Shown piece after piece: positions 1 to 17,777 of a DNA stretch of 64,000 bases. The DNA is from Macrostomum lignano. Its lineage: Eukaryota. A program made the position numbers and the translations under genes. Below the pieces are notes generated by a model. The model did no database searches. It had not been told where the DNA came from and saw only the letters and a list, made by a program, of their open reading frames with translations. Each line of letters starts with the position of its first letter. The stretch's first letter is position 1. The stretch spans positions 372,001 through 436,000 of the forward strand of contig NIVC01000352.1 in NCBI GenBank assembly GCA_002269645.1, in the 5' to 3' direction.

Positions 1-240
1 TAATGCGCGGACGCATCTGAAGGCTGCGTACGGCTGTTCAGTCCAAGGACTGCGGGGTCGCCACACACACCCTCAATTACCCCATCTAATGCTGGCACCC
101 ATCTTATAGCTGGGTGAACTGAAGCAATGCAGAGTTAAGTGTATTGCTCAAGGGCACAAATTGTTCCAGTGAAATCGGGAATCGAACCACTGACCTTTCA
201 GTCGTGAATCCTATGCTCTAACCACTAGGTTACAACTCCC
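1..240 (-). mobile_element. tRNA-derived SINE, copy 1 (3' end runs off the window)
   Basis: Minus strand starts GGGAGTTGTAACCTAGTGGTTAGAGC (A-box-like), then GGTTCGATTCC (B-box), then a body (ccttgagcaa-acttaactc-gcattgcttcagttcacccagct-atgggtgccagcattag) shared with the copy near 53.5-53.8 kb. Confidence 0.85.
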
Positions 241-249
241 TACTAGTGT

Positions 250-1150
250 ATTAGGCCCTATAAAAATAACGATGGGTGTTCCGAAATCTAAGGGATTTTT
301 GCCATTGAATTCAGGTGCTTCGTGTCATTGCTTTGAAACTTTACACTTTATAAATTAACATACCATTGTGCTTCGTATTAAATTTCAACTAAATTGAAAC
401 ATTGATTGTCTAGCTAAGCTAAATTCCGTAAGCTACCTTTTCAGCCAAGATTCAAACTGTTAAAAATTCCTAACGAGCCACCATGTTCTTCCTCTAGAAT
501 GAAAGGATGAAGGCAGCTGAAATCACCCACCGCCTGCACCGCTGTCTTTGGTGATGATGCCAAATCACGAGCTACTGTTTACAGGTGGATGGATCGGTTT
601 AAGTCTGGCCAGGAGTCCTTGGAAGACGAGACAAAGTGTGGCAGACCACGCACCACGTCACTTTCCAAGGAAACAAAATCAGCTGGTAGCCGACATGGCA
701 ATGGAGGACATGCAATTTACTGTTCGCGAGACGAAATTGATTACTGTTGTGGCATCGGTGTAGCACGCGTTCAGGCGATTCTGCATGCCGAGTTGCAGTT
801 GAGCAAGCTGTCAGCCAAATTGATGGCTTGGCTGTTGCACATCCACCAGAAGCACGAGCAAGCTGACACGTGCAAACACCTGCTGACTCTGGCTGAGAAG
901 TATGACGAAGCATTCTCACTGTGGATTCTCACAGTGCATCGTCACTGTGGATGAGACCTGGCTCACATACTACAATCCGGAAACCAAGGGGCAGTCACGT
1001 GAGTGGCCCAGGCCAAAAGAAGGCCACTTTAATTAGCTTTGACTTCCTTGATTCAGGCTACAAAGTCAATGCTGCTTACTATGCTGACTTACTGAGTGGG
1101 CCACTTTGCCAAATTATTCAAAACAAATATAGAAACTTGTTAGGAAATTA
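250..1150 (+). pseudogene. Degenerate mariner-type transposase remnant
   Basis: ORF 589-954 has RFKSGQESLEDETKCGRPRTT (mariner HTH-linker). Another frame near 945-1005 reads TVDETWLTYYNPETKGQSREW (first catalytic Asp). Frameshifted; boundaries approximate. Confidence 0.8.
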
Positions 1151-1184
1151 AGTCTTTTTATCAGATGATATGCACAAAGGGCCT

Positions 1185-1517
1185 GTCAACTGAAGCTTAT
1201 AAAGTGGAGCCTGAGTAACCTATCTATACAAATAATATGTCATTCTGTTCACAATGATGCAAAGAAGCTGGGTTTGGCAAAAGTGACAAAAAATCGACTT
1301 TGGATAGATGAGAAAAAGCAAGGGGATGATTTTAGAGACTCTACTTTATGAGCTCAAGTTAATATATTAGTACCTAATACTCCCTTGCTTGTTCTCCCAA
1401 CTCTAATTTTTGTCACTTTTTTTGCCAATCCCTGCTTTCTGGTGTCACTGTAAGCAGAATGACATATCATTTGTGTATATAGGTTACTTGGGCTCCACTT
1501 TAAGAGCTTAAGTTGAC
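1185..1517. mobile_element. Palindromic MITE-like element with ~140-bp imperfect inverted arms
   Basis: Left arm gtcaactgaagcttataaagtggagcctgagtaacctat... is the reverse complement of right arm ...ataggttacttgggctccactttaagagcttaagttgac. Confidence 0.8.
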
Positions 1518-1959
1518 ATGCTTTTTTAATTTTACACTGTCACTGACCTTCAAAAGGTCATATGACCATATGTTTACATAAAACCTAGCCAACTTGGCTA
1601 TCTGACCAAGTGAAAAAGTAGACAAGGCAAACATTGCACAACTGATCAATAAATTATAAGTCTATAGAAACACTCAACCCTTGAGCAATATATATTTTTA
1701 ATTACTTGAACATTTTACTTACCTTTGTTTAAATATCTTAATTAGCTTCCTATATACTAAAATATAGTTATAATTATAGGCCATACTAGCAAGGATTTGC
1801 CATAAATTTTTTCAAAGTTGACAATCAATAAAAGTTAAAGAATCCCAAGAATCTCAAAAATTATAAAATCATTAATGTTTTAAATGGTTGACAATGGTTT
1901 TTTCCATGCTTAGGCAAACCTTGGGATTATTTGCAATACAAGCTGTTGAAACCCGCAGC

Positions 1960-2285
1960 TTCTCCTCTCTGCTTTCTTATCTCCTCTCTACTCTTTTATC
2001 TCATTGCTTTTCTGTCTCTCTCTTCTCATCTCTACTCTCTCCTCTTGCTTCTCTCACCCCTTGTTTTGTCCCTCCCTCCTTTCACCCCTTCTTCCATCAC
2101 CTTTCCTCTCACTTCTTTCTCCTCCCTTTTTTCCTTTTCTCTTCTTACCCCTTGTTTTGTCTCTTATCTTCTATCTTTTCTCTTATCCCTATCTCACCTC
2201 TCTTCTCTTCTAATAGTTTATTCTTTCTCCTTTCTACTTTCATCTGACCTACAACCATGAGCTGGATTCTTTGTCTGGCCTTAGG
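1960..2285 (-). mobile_element. Degraded relative of the hAT MITE at 43445-43847 (CT-rich core)
   Basis: CT-rich tract followed by tcatctg-ccatgagctggattctt-ggcctt, which matches the reverse complement of the 43445 MITE left end. Confidence 0.55.
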
Positions 2286-3788
2286 GGCGCCAACTTCTGC
2301 CTGATAGAACCGGATCTGTTTGCCAATTAGTCTCTGTCAGGACTGCCTGACTTTCATAGGTAAAAATCTGCCAATCCCTACTTCAAAAGCCAGTTTTTGG
2401 GATTTAACTCTCATGGTTGTTTCATTCCGTCTGCAGTTGGCTAACTGATTTGATCATGTCATCTTTTTGGCCAATTTGCAGCCCTGAAAGGAATTTGTGT
2501 ACCTCTAGATCTACCACAGTCTGTAGCAGTCTAACAACCAAGGAAATATACATTTTTAGGAGGCCATTTAAATTTTAACTTATTAAAGTACCTCTGAAGT
2601 GACACTTATTGTTAATTTTTTCATGGTGTAACTAATTTTGAAGGATTGTATTGTAATTGCTAAATTGGTTATTATTCATTAATTTTACAAACAAAACCAT
2701 GCCGCATTGCCTTGATTTTCCATCTACTTATTAAACTGCTGCAGACTTGACTATAATAGAAGACCATGGTTGAAATTGCTCACTAAACTGTCATGGCTAA
2801 ATGTAGCCTCTCCACGCATGGATAGCAGAGAAGGCTATAAAAATAAAGCTATTTCAAAACACTGTACATTTGCTATGTACATTGAGCCCTATTGCCTGAC
2901 CCTTGGTTTGGACTGGGGGCATTTGGGGGAATGAGTGAGTGAGTGGCACAAACAATAGAAAAAGTAGACAAACTTCACATGCTAACAGTTTCTGTTCTGA
3001 TAGAGTTACACAGTTGAGACTTTACATTTAGGCAAAGAATAAGTCAATGAAGAATTGTCAATTTTTAAGTCAAGCGCTTCATATGGAGCAAACTTATGGC
3101 AGCCAAAAGTTAGTCAATTTTTAAACTTCCTTCTATACATCTAGCTAGATAAAGGGGATTCAAGGGAAGGCGAAGGTTGGGGTGGCAGCCTTGCTATAAA
3201 AAGCAGCCTAACTTTTTTAAAGTGCACAGCACTATTCAGGATTAACTTTGAGACTCTAAATTTTACACAATTGTGTCAAAATAGTTAAAGATTGATTGTG
3301 CCAAATTGGAAGAGGATTGGTAGAAGTAGAGTGGCACTATGTAGGATTGAGTGAAAAAATCATGCATTTTGAGCAGTTTTTTTGCACTTTTAGATAGGAA
3401 GACTTGAGTCTAGGAAATTTTAAAGTAGCCTAAGACATTTTCCCTAGTTAGTTTAGGGTGGGTGCAAGATTTGGTGTGATTTGGTTGAGCAGTTTGGGAG
3501 TCCATAGCAAACAAAATTGTCAATAGATACATATAGAGTTTTGGTTTTTATAGGTAGAGATTAGTCATATTACTATTCTTAGCCAATATCAACTTACATG
3601 TATATATTGCCAATAGAAATGGCTATGTGATTCTCAAGGTTATGCATAATGCAATTTTGTCTATTAAATTTTATTTGGCATAACGTTCTGTTTAGGGGTT
3701 GGACAATATAAAACTTTCAAGATTTTAAGACCCAAGATCTATACTTTCAAGATAATCAAGATTCAATTGAGATTTGAGATTAGGCCTA

Positions 3789-5108
3789 CTGGGTGATTGG
3801 TAAAAATCTGGACATGGTTAGTTTTTGCCATAGACAAAATTTAACGAGGCAAATTTATTGAGCTGATGCTTTTGAGCAATACTGGGGGTCTTCCTCACAA
3901 CTTAAGTTGTTTTTTTCACTTGTTTGCCCCGTCACGTCTGAGATGCAGTCTCTAAATGAAGAGCAGCGGCGTAAACTGGTTGTACAATATAAAATTGAGC
4001 ACCCTGGGCTGAGCAACAATGCAATCGCAAAATATTTTGCTGAGCTTGGTGTCCCAAGATCAACCATTTATGGAATTCTGGATCGCTACTCAGCAACTGG
4101 AGAAGATTCTGTGCTACGGAAGGAGGGGTCAGGACGACCAGCTACCAAGGTCACTGCCACTTTGATGGAGAAGATGTCAAATGATGCCAGGACGGGTCTG
4201 TCCCAGCGCGAAATTGCACGCAAATATGACATCAGCCAGCCGTACGTTAACGAGATTCTCAAGAAGCAGGGACTAAGTGCATACAAGAAAGAAAAAGTGC
4301 CATTTGTGTCATTTGAGCAGAAAGAGCGCCAGCGTGTGAGGATTGACAGGCTCTACCATGCTGTGCTGGCAGATGACGGCGGACTGGACATTGTCATGGA
4401 CGATGAATCGTACTTCTCTCTGTCATCCAATGTCATCCCTGGTAACAGGTTCTATTATGCAACAGCTCGAGGTGATACACCTGATGAGGTTAGGTGTTCA
4501 CCCAGCAAGAAATTTGAGGCCAAAGTCTTGGTCTGGCTGGCCATCAGCAAGAAGGGCATGTCCAAGGTCTTCTGCCACGGCAGCTCAATGAACAAAGAGA
4601 TCTACATAAGAGAGTGCATTCACAAGCGTCTATTGCCATTTATTAAGGAACAGCATGCTGACGGCAACTACCTGTTCTGGCCTGACCTGGCGAGCTGTCA
4701 CTATGCTCGTGACGTCATTGACACATTTGAAGAGGAAGGTGTCAATTTTGTCAGCAAGGAGCTCAATCCTCCCAATGTACCACAGCTGCGACCAATTGAG
4801 AACTTCTGGGGGATGTTGAAGCAAAAGGTTTACTATCACAATTGGACAACGGACAGTCTGGAACAGCTGGAAAATCGCATTCGCTACTGCCTCCGCCAGG
4901 TGGATCTGCACTGTGTACAGGAGATGATGACCAATGTCAAGTCCGGGATTCGCCGAGCTCGGGCTAATGGTGTCGGAGCCGTTTGGCAATGAGCCAGACA
5001 ATCCCTTATATATTGAACTTAATCCAAGTTAAAAGACATGTGTTCAATTTGTTTATTGTTGTCTTGCTAAAACAAATAAAAATGTCCAGATTTTTACCAA
5101 TCACCCAG
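3789..5108 (+). mobile_element. Complete IS630-Tc1-mariner element, DD37E (ITmD37E-like), 1320 bp
   Basis: Perfect 27-bp TIRs (CTGGGTGATTGGTAAAAATCTGGACAT at 3789-3815; reverse complement at 5082-5108), TA on both sides, one intact transposase ORF. Confidence 0.95.
3943..4992 (+). CDS. DD37E transposase, 349 aa from the ATG at 3943
   Basis: HTH region, GSGRP linker, MDDESYF (D), WPDLASCH (D), NPPNVPQLRPIENFW (E). I count 37 residues between the second D and the E. Confidence 0.95.
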   Translation: MQSLNEEQRRKLVVQYKIEHPGLSNNAIAKYFAELGVPRSTIYGILDRYSATGEDSVLRKEGSGRPATKVTATLMEKMSNDARTGLSQREIARKYDISQPYVNEILKKQGLSAYKKEKVPFVSFEQKERQRVRIDRLYHAVLADDGGLDIVMDDESYFSLSSNVIPGNRFYYATARGDTPDEVRCSPSKKFEAKVLVWLAISKKGMSKVFCHGSSMNKEIYIRECIHKRLLPFIKEQHADGNYLFWPDLASCHYARDVIDTFEEEGVNFVSKELNPPNVPQLRPIENFWGMLKQKVYYHNWTTDSLEQLENRIRYCLRQVDLHCVQEMMTNVKSGIRRARANGVGAVWQ

Positions 5109-5188
5109 TAATTTGCATCTAGAAGGTGTATTTATTTATACTATTTTATCTTGTTTTTATAATATTGTTACTTATTTTTAGCTTCATA

Positions 5189-5356
5189 CATGCGCAACCT
5201 TGGGAATCACTTGGCCGTTTCTATTGGCAACATACACATATAAGTCACTATTGGCTAAGGGTAGTCATGTGACTACTATTCCATCTAATAGCAACTTATA
5301 TGTATGTGTTGCCAATAGAAATGGCCGGGTGAATCCCTAGATTGTGCCCAAGGATG
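5189..5356. mobile_element. ~165-bp hairpin MITE family, copy A (half copy at ~3570-3650)
   Basis: Arm gcgcaaccttgggaatcacttggccgtttctattggcaacatacac pairs with gtatgtgttgccaatagaaatggccgggtgaatccc. Confidence 0.8.
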
Positions 5357-6405
5357 TTTAGCTTGTTTCTAGTTTGCTTCACAGTTTTATTTTAAAGCTT
5401 AAATGGAGCAGTAGCTAGAGTTAATAAATAGAGCAATAGATAAAGTAGTAAAAGTAGCAATAGATAGAGCAATAGATAAAGCAGTAAAAAGAGCTAGAGG
5501 CTAGAATATTTTCTGATACCATTTCCTATCTCTTTTGGTCAGACATCATTTTCTATTATAGCACTATATTGTAATAACAATTTAAACTAAAAAATAATAT
5601 CAAGAAACAAAACTGGAAGATTGCTATAAAAATATAATATTAGTCACAAATAGTCAATTGCAAATCTTGACATTCTTTAAGATCTTGAAACCAAGATTAA
5701 GATTTTTAAGGAATTGGTACCTTAATGATTGAGATTGACATCTTGTTTAACCCTTATTTTTTGTCTATCATAATATAGGCTAGGCCTATCTACTAATTTT
5801 AATGGCACTTGTTATTTGTCTAGTTAAATTGATAATGCTAAAATATCTATTTCATAGAAACTACAAGGGTGAATATTCCTAGACTTCAAAGACTTCTTAC
5901 TCATATTTTGATTATTATGTTGTTATACTAGTATGTCTTATGTACCAAATTATGCTAAATTGGAAGGCTACACTACTTTGCTTACACTAGTATACAACAA
6001 AATATTAATCAGTATACAAGAAAAGGTCTTAAAAATCAGGTGATGGTCATTTTGTCAACTGGTGTTTTGTCTACTCAGTTGACAAAGTGACTAAAATTTT
6101 CATTATATGAATGATACACATATGTAGCTGATATAGCTGCATAATCTTCTATAGCTTACAATTATTGTTATATTGATGACTTGTTTTATAAATTGCCTTA
6201 TTTTTAAAACAAATAAATTTTGCAATTATTCAATACCAGACTGCATTTCCATTAGGTTAAATGTTTCAATGCAAATATTCTATGCAAATGCATCACCCAT
6301 ATGCACTCATACCCATGCATCTGGGCATTAATGAATCTTGAGTATTTGTGTGTTGTGACCATACATGCAACTATGTAACATGGGTATTTCTCCATTTCAC
6401 ATATA

Positions 6406-6573
6406 CATGCACAACTTTGGGATTCACCCAGCCGTTTCTATTGGCAACACACACATGTAAGTCGCTATTGGACAGAACAATAGTCACATGACTGCTCTCA
6501 GCCAATAGTGACTTACATGCGTGTGTTGCCAATAGAAATGGCCAGGTGAATCCCAAGGTTGCGCCCAAGCATG
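6406..6573. mobile_element. ~165-bp hairpin MITE family, copy B
   Basis: Same arms as 5189-5356 (gccgtttctattggcaacacacacatgtaagtc / gacttacatgcgtgtgttgccaatagaaatggcc). Confidence 0.8.
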
Positions 6574-8750
6574 ATTTCACACATTTCAAACATATGAGCA
6601 CATTATATTTTGTTAGTACATGTACAAGCATATAACAAGAGATGCATCTATCAAAAGCCAGCAGATGTTGCAGAAGGGTATGAATATTAATTAGCCTGTC
6701 AACTTAGTCATTTTTGGTTTAGTTTTACTATTTTGCAGCTGCGAGGGGGTAGTTTATTGGCAGTTGACAAAGTGGCCAATGTTGGGAAACTCCCTGTTAG
6801 CCATTTGACAAAGTGACCGAGGTTTGAGATTGTTTCATTGGCTAGTTGATGCAACGACCAGTGATAAAACCGAGTTGAAGAAATGGCTAGTTGATGAAAC
6901 GCCAGTTGATGAAATGATTAGGATCCTAAAAATCTAGAATATTTATCACGAAAGAAATAGATACTTGTGTTAGCAATTTAACTGGACAAATAACAAAAAG
7001 GCTTTTCATCTGGTCACCAGACAAATAACAACTGCCAATTTTAATAGCAAGTCAATTTGCCAAAAGTTGATTTATCAAAAGTAGGTTTTTTGCCAACAAA
7101 AAGTTGTTTTATTTGCTAAACATATAAACATAATTTATTCATCTTAATATATGTTTGTTTGTTTATTTAGCATAAAGTTTTAAATATTAAAATTAGTCAA
7201 AGACTTTGTTTATAAATAAATAAAGAAGGTAAAAAAGTAAAATATTAAATGTTAAAAAAAATTCAATTAATCCATAACTGATCTGTCCTATATAATATTA
7301 AAGTAGAGCTTAGCTCTAGGCATATAAGAGCTGCTAAAAAGTTTGATTTTAATACTCATGACTTAGCCTAATAGTAGAAAAAACTAGTGTCATAATGAAT
7401 CTATATTTACAATAGGCCTAATTAATCATTAGTTATAAAGGGGCAAAAAAGGGGATAGGTAAAGGTGGCTATTAGAACTAGGCCTATAAAATGAAAAAGT
7501 AGATGATTATCAAAATAACAACTAAAAAATTAAACTTAAGATCTTTAGCATGTTGCCTAACTATTTTATCATAGGCTAGGACCATTCTAATAGACACAAA
7601 CTACATTGAGTATCGTCTCCAAACTATCCTGAGAATTGTCTTTTATCTATAATGAGAATCATCTTTAAACTACCCTAAAAAGTAGGGCCTATCTCTAAAC
7701 AACCCCAAGATGGTGATTGATACTTGAGACTAGGGCCTATTGCATATATTGCAATTCCAATTGATAGATATCAGTTTAAGGAGTTTACCAATTAAGTTTA
7801 TGGCAAACAAATAGGTTTTTAGCTAATTGTCTGAGGCCTATTAGCATTAGGCCTAGGCTAATATTTTTAATTTGTAGTTATTTTATTTGACATGAAATTT
7901 TTGGCCTATAAATAAGCTATATATTAAATAAATAATCAGACAATCTATCAAATAAACACTTTGTTGAAAAATATATTATATTTAATTAAATAGAAAGACA
8001 ATTTATTGAATTTAGTATCTAGAATCTAGATGAACTGTTGTTAGGCTTTCGCCTATGCTGAAAAGACAATAAAAAATGTGACTAATAAATTGAAAAGTTG
8101 TTGAATGAATAGCAAAATGTCCCTCCCTCTTTGAAGAGGCAACAAAGAAAGGAGTTTTTAATAAACTAGATTTACATGTAGCTTTTTCAGTTTTGACCTT
8201 GTACAGTTGCTAAAAATATTCTAAGAAAAAAAATAAGCATTAGACTTAAAAGCCTTTTTGGGCCCCTTGGTACTCCTTACTCACTTAAAATATGTTTCTA
8301 GGCATAGAAAAGCATTTAAATTAGAAAAACCTTGTAGAACATAGAAAAGAACCTTCGCTGTGTAAATCGATAGCAAATTGGCGTCGTCAGTCTGTCTGTC
8401 AGCGTGAAGTCAGTTTAGCACGACGTTAGATTTAAATTTAGTTGGTTTTTAACAAAGAAAGCAAATATAAAGGTAAAGCGAGGCTTTAGTGATAAAGTCT
8501 ATAATAAATACGTAATTTTTTGTAAGCCTAAAAATTAAAAGTGGGCTTTAATGTATCAGGAAAGTTTGAGTTAGAGTCATTGAAAGTATTTAACCTTCGA
8601 GTAGAACATGGTTTTAAAAAGCGCTTAGACATACTGGTTATAATACACAATTCTAGTGGTAATTATTAAGTCCAATTCAGTGTAAAATTTCCTGTGTCAG
8701 GGATTCTTAGAACCATTTATATTTCGGAACAGTGAAATCGACGATAAAAA

Positions 8751-14845
<6,095 letters not shown>

Positions 14846-15485
14846 CTACAATAAAAAGAGGACAATTTTCTATGTTATATCTAGCTTGATAATGTATTTT
14901 TCGATACATATCGGCAGAGTTGTATTTCGTGTTTACAAGTATTAAAATCGATTATTAGTTTGTTTGAAGGTACTAGATGTTTTGCCAGGAATATAGGAAG
15001 GCATCGCGACATGTTAAGTACGAGCGTACGCTTAATATAGTGCATATAAAGGAAGACTTAAGAAATGGCCATAGCTACGAGTAAAAAGGTAGGATAGCGT
15101 CAGCAGCAAGTTTCGGAGAGAGAGCGCAGACGATCCAGTTGAACTGCCAAGCAAGTCAGACCAACTAGACGCCTGGGTCTCGCGGATCCAATCGGTAATC
15201 CAATTTGAGTCAGAGTTTGCGAAGTAGCCGCTTGACAATGCCTACCCACCATTATTGACGGTTAGAAACCGCTTTAAATATATTGACACAGCTGGCGCAA
15301 TAATTTTTTATCGAACACGCTAAAACACCTACTATTTTTCTTAATTTCTACTGAAATAAGTAGACGAAATAGGGTTTGGTTAATAAAAATAAAATCCATA
15401 CAACAAAAGTTTTGGAAAAAACAACACATTTATTTTTCTTAATCAAGTCACAATTTATCCAAGCCAATCACTATTCGCTAAAGAA

Positions 15486-15634
15486 AATGTCTCTACAGTC
15501 ACAGCTACAGACAATGTCGTCTCTACAGTCACAGCTACAAACAATGTCGTCTCTACAGTCACAGCTACAGACAATGTCGTCTCTACAGTCACAGCTACAG
15601 ACAATGTCATCTCTACAGTCACAGCTACAGCTAA
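15486..15634. repeat. 30-bp tandem repeat, ~5 units
   Basis: Unit aatgtcgtctctacagtcacagctacagac. Confidence 0.9.
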
Positions 15635-15726
15635 AGTAGTCGTTTTTCTTTTTTTCTTCATTTTTCTTCAACATAATTTATATTGGAGTTCGGAGTTCAG
15701 TCTAATAATTCCTGTTTCCACTACAG

Positions 15727-16094
15727 GCATCGAGCTAGCTTTCGACACGGCTGTCTCAGCTGGGCCGACCCCATGCAGACCGGCAGTTACCGACGCTGCC
15801 ACCCTCATCAAGGTATTCAACGTGTGCGACCAGTTCCCCAGCAGGGAGCAGGTTGAGCAGGCTATCACAGACTGGCGCCGAAGACGCCAGCCGCAGGCTG
15901 CTCAGCTGGACCGCCTGTCAGCTGTGGAGATTTTCTACAGTCTGCTGATGATGACACGACAGCTGTCACCTCGAGGTGGGGAATCGGCGACAGACAGTCG
16001 CGGAGAGCAACTCAACAAGCAGTTGGCTGGAGCTGGCCGCGGTCAGCAGGGGCTGCTCAGCGTGCGCGGACTGCAACCTGGTCGACACAATTGA
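15727..16094 (+). CDS. Probable terminal coding exon of an unassigned gene (weakly EF-hand-like helices)
   Basis: Acceptor ttcctgtttccactacag, open GC-rich frame IELAFDTAV...TLIKVFNVCDQFPSREQVEQAITDW... to a stop at 16094. I could not link upstream exons. Confidence 0.4.
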
Positions 16095-16146
16095 GGATCA
16101 CAATTTGCAATTTTTTAAATTATCCCGCTTGTGGGTTAGCAAAAAT

Positions 16147-16593
16147 CACAGATACTAGAATAAACTGGATGGGCCACTCAGCACATTTGCGTGCAAGCTA
16201 CTTTCAGTTCAGTAGCAAGTTAAACTGAAGCATTTTAATGTATTTTTAAAGCAAAGGCTCACTTATTGGCTCTTACCCCCAGCTTAAAACCTCCAACCGC
16301 GCCTTTTCACACTACCCCCCCGCCCCACCCCAATTTTTAATGCCTTCCTCGAACTCCAGTCTAAAGCTGCCATGTACATTTCAGTGGACTGGCTAATGTA
16401 CATTATTGCTGAACCAATTAGCAAGCTGTTTACGCCTGCAAGCTTGGGCTTCTAAACTTATCAAATTCGTTTCAGCTGGCTTTATTTTTTATGAAATAGC
16501 TTATGTATTCTTCTTTGCTACTGAACTGAAAGTAGAAAGCTGTTTTACTAAGTATATGCCTGAGTGGCCCATGTAGTTATTTTAGTACCTGTG
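16147..16593 (+). mobile_element. ~450-bp MITE family, copy 1 (TIR CAYAGATACTARAATAACTAGATGGGCCACTCAG)
   Basis: Near-identical body at 21071-21530 and inverted at 22266-22692. Flanks gcaaaaat/ccgaaaat may be a decayed 8-bp TSD. Confidence 0.85.
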
Positions 16594-16882
16594 CCGAAAA
16601 TTTATTTCGCGTTAATCATCTAAATAATCTATTACTTTTGATATTGTGCATGCATAGATGTGAGAATGCGGATAAATATTTATCATCGGATTATAAGAAA
16701 CAATAAAGTGCAGTGATAAATTGCTAATGGATTTATAATTGATGCCGACAAAAGGTGCCAAAGTGAGGCAAGGTCTTTGGCTACGTCATTTGGCTTGTCA
16801 ATTAATCAAGACCTCAATAATTAGTCGCCTATCTGCAATTTATTTCTGCGACTTAATAACGAAAACTCTACGAGTTCTTGGT

Positions 16883-16990
16883 TTTTGACTGCCACAATTT
16901 GATTGTCTGAGTTTTGACTGCCACAATTTGATTGTCTGACTTTTGACTGCCACAATTTGATTGTCTGACTTTTGACTGCCACAATTTGAC
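16883..16990. repeat. 29-bp tandem repeat, ~4 units
   Basis: Unit tttgactgccacaatttgattgtctgact. Confidence 0.9.
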
Positions 16991-17777
16991 ACGGTGACAA
17001 CATAGATTAGGATTCGGGTCGTCATTCTTAAGAGACGATGACGGTTACAAACTATACTCACACACAATTTACTTTGCAAGTATTTAGCAATCAACAGATC
17101 ATTGTAAATCATTGTATCATTGTAAAAAATAGAAAATGTAACGAAATTTTTCACTGCAAAATCGCAGCACAAAGCAATGATGTGCAGCTGAGAATGTCTA
17201 GTTATGCTGCCAATTATTATCTCTGCGCTGTGCTCAGAATGAGCTCTCTCCCGCATTCACTGCTCAACACTGCCGAACGAGCCTGACCCCAGTTCACAGA
17301 CAACAAACTCTACCGAGAAGACAGAATGTGACGCGAATTTGGGCAGGGCGGGAGAACTAAACAGCCCGATGGAGTGTAGGGCGAGTCTTTGAGTAGTTAT
17401 TGAGAAAACACACTGCATGCTCAGGTCAATCTCTCTGTGTCTGCCATTCGCTGCAGCCTCCACCCCGCACCGTGGAATGCAGAGGACAATTTTTATAATT
17501 TCCGAGGTTAGAGCGGAGCCGCAGCTTTGCCTTCAGTCACAAAAATGAATCGCTAAGAACTTCGGCTGTCTTTCTATCTCTTTCCACCCCCCACACCACA
17601 GTATACAACAGAACAAAAAGCCTTCCATTCCAAAACAGAATCGGCAGAACAAAAACGCAGGGCGCACCGCGACACGCCCAGTCCGAGACAGAGAGAAATC
17701 GAGCTTGGCAACATAATCTTCAACTCGCACCTGAGCGGCACAGAAGCAAGAAGCGCAGCAATCAGCAATCGGCAGGT

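Noticed and set aside
169-240. tRNA-like sequence
   Set aside because: Acceptor and anticodon stems do not pair, and it continues into a SINE body, so it is a SINE head rather than a tRNA gene.
1888-2260. Leu/Ser/Phe-rich ORFs resembling membrane proteins (also 40934-41573 and 43464-43856)
   Set aside because: Artefacts of CT/GA low-complexity tracts.
6045-6925. Modular gttgacaaa/gttgatgaaa repeats suggesting a foldback element
   Set aside because: Too degraded to define termini or a TSD.
15060-15230. Short coding-looking segment (SSKFRRESADDPVELPSKSDQLDAWVSRIQS)
   Set aside because: I could not join it in phase to the 15727 exon or to a start codon.
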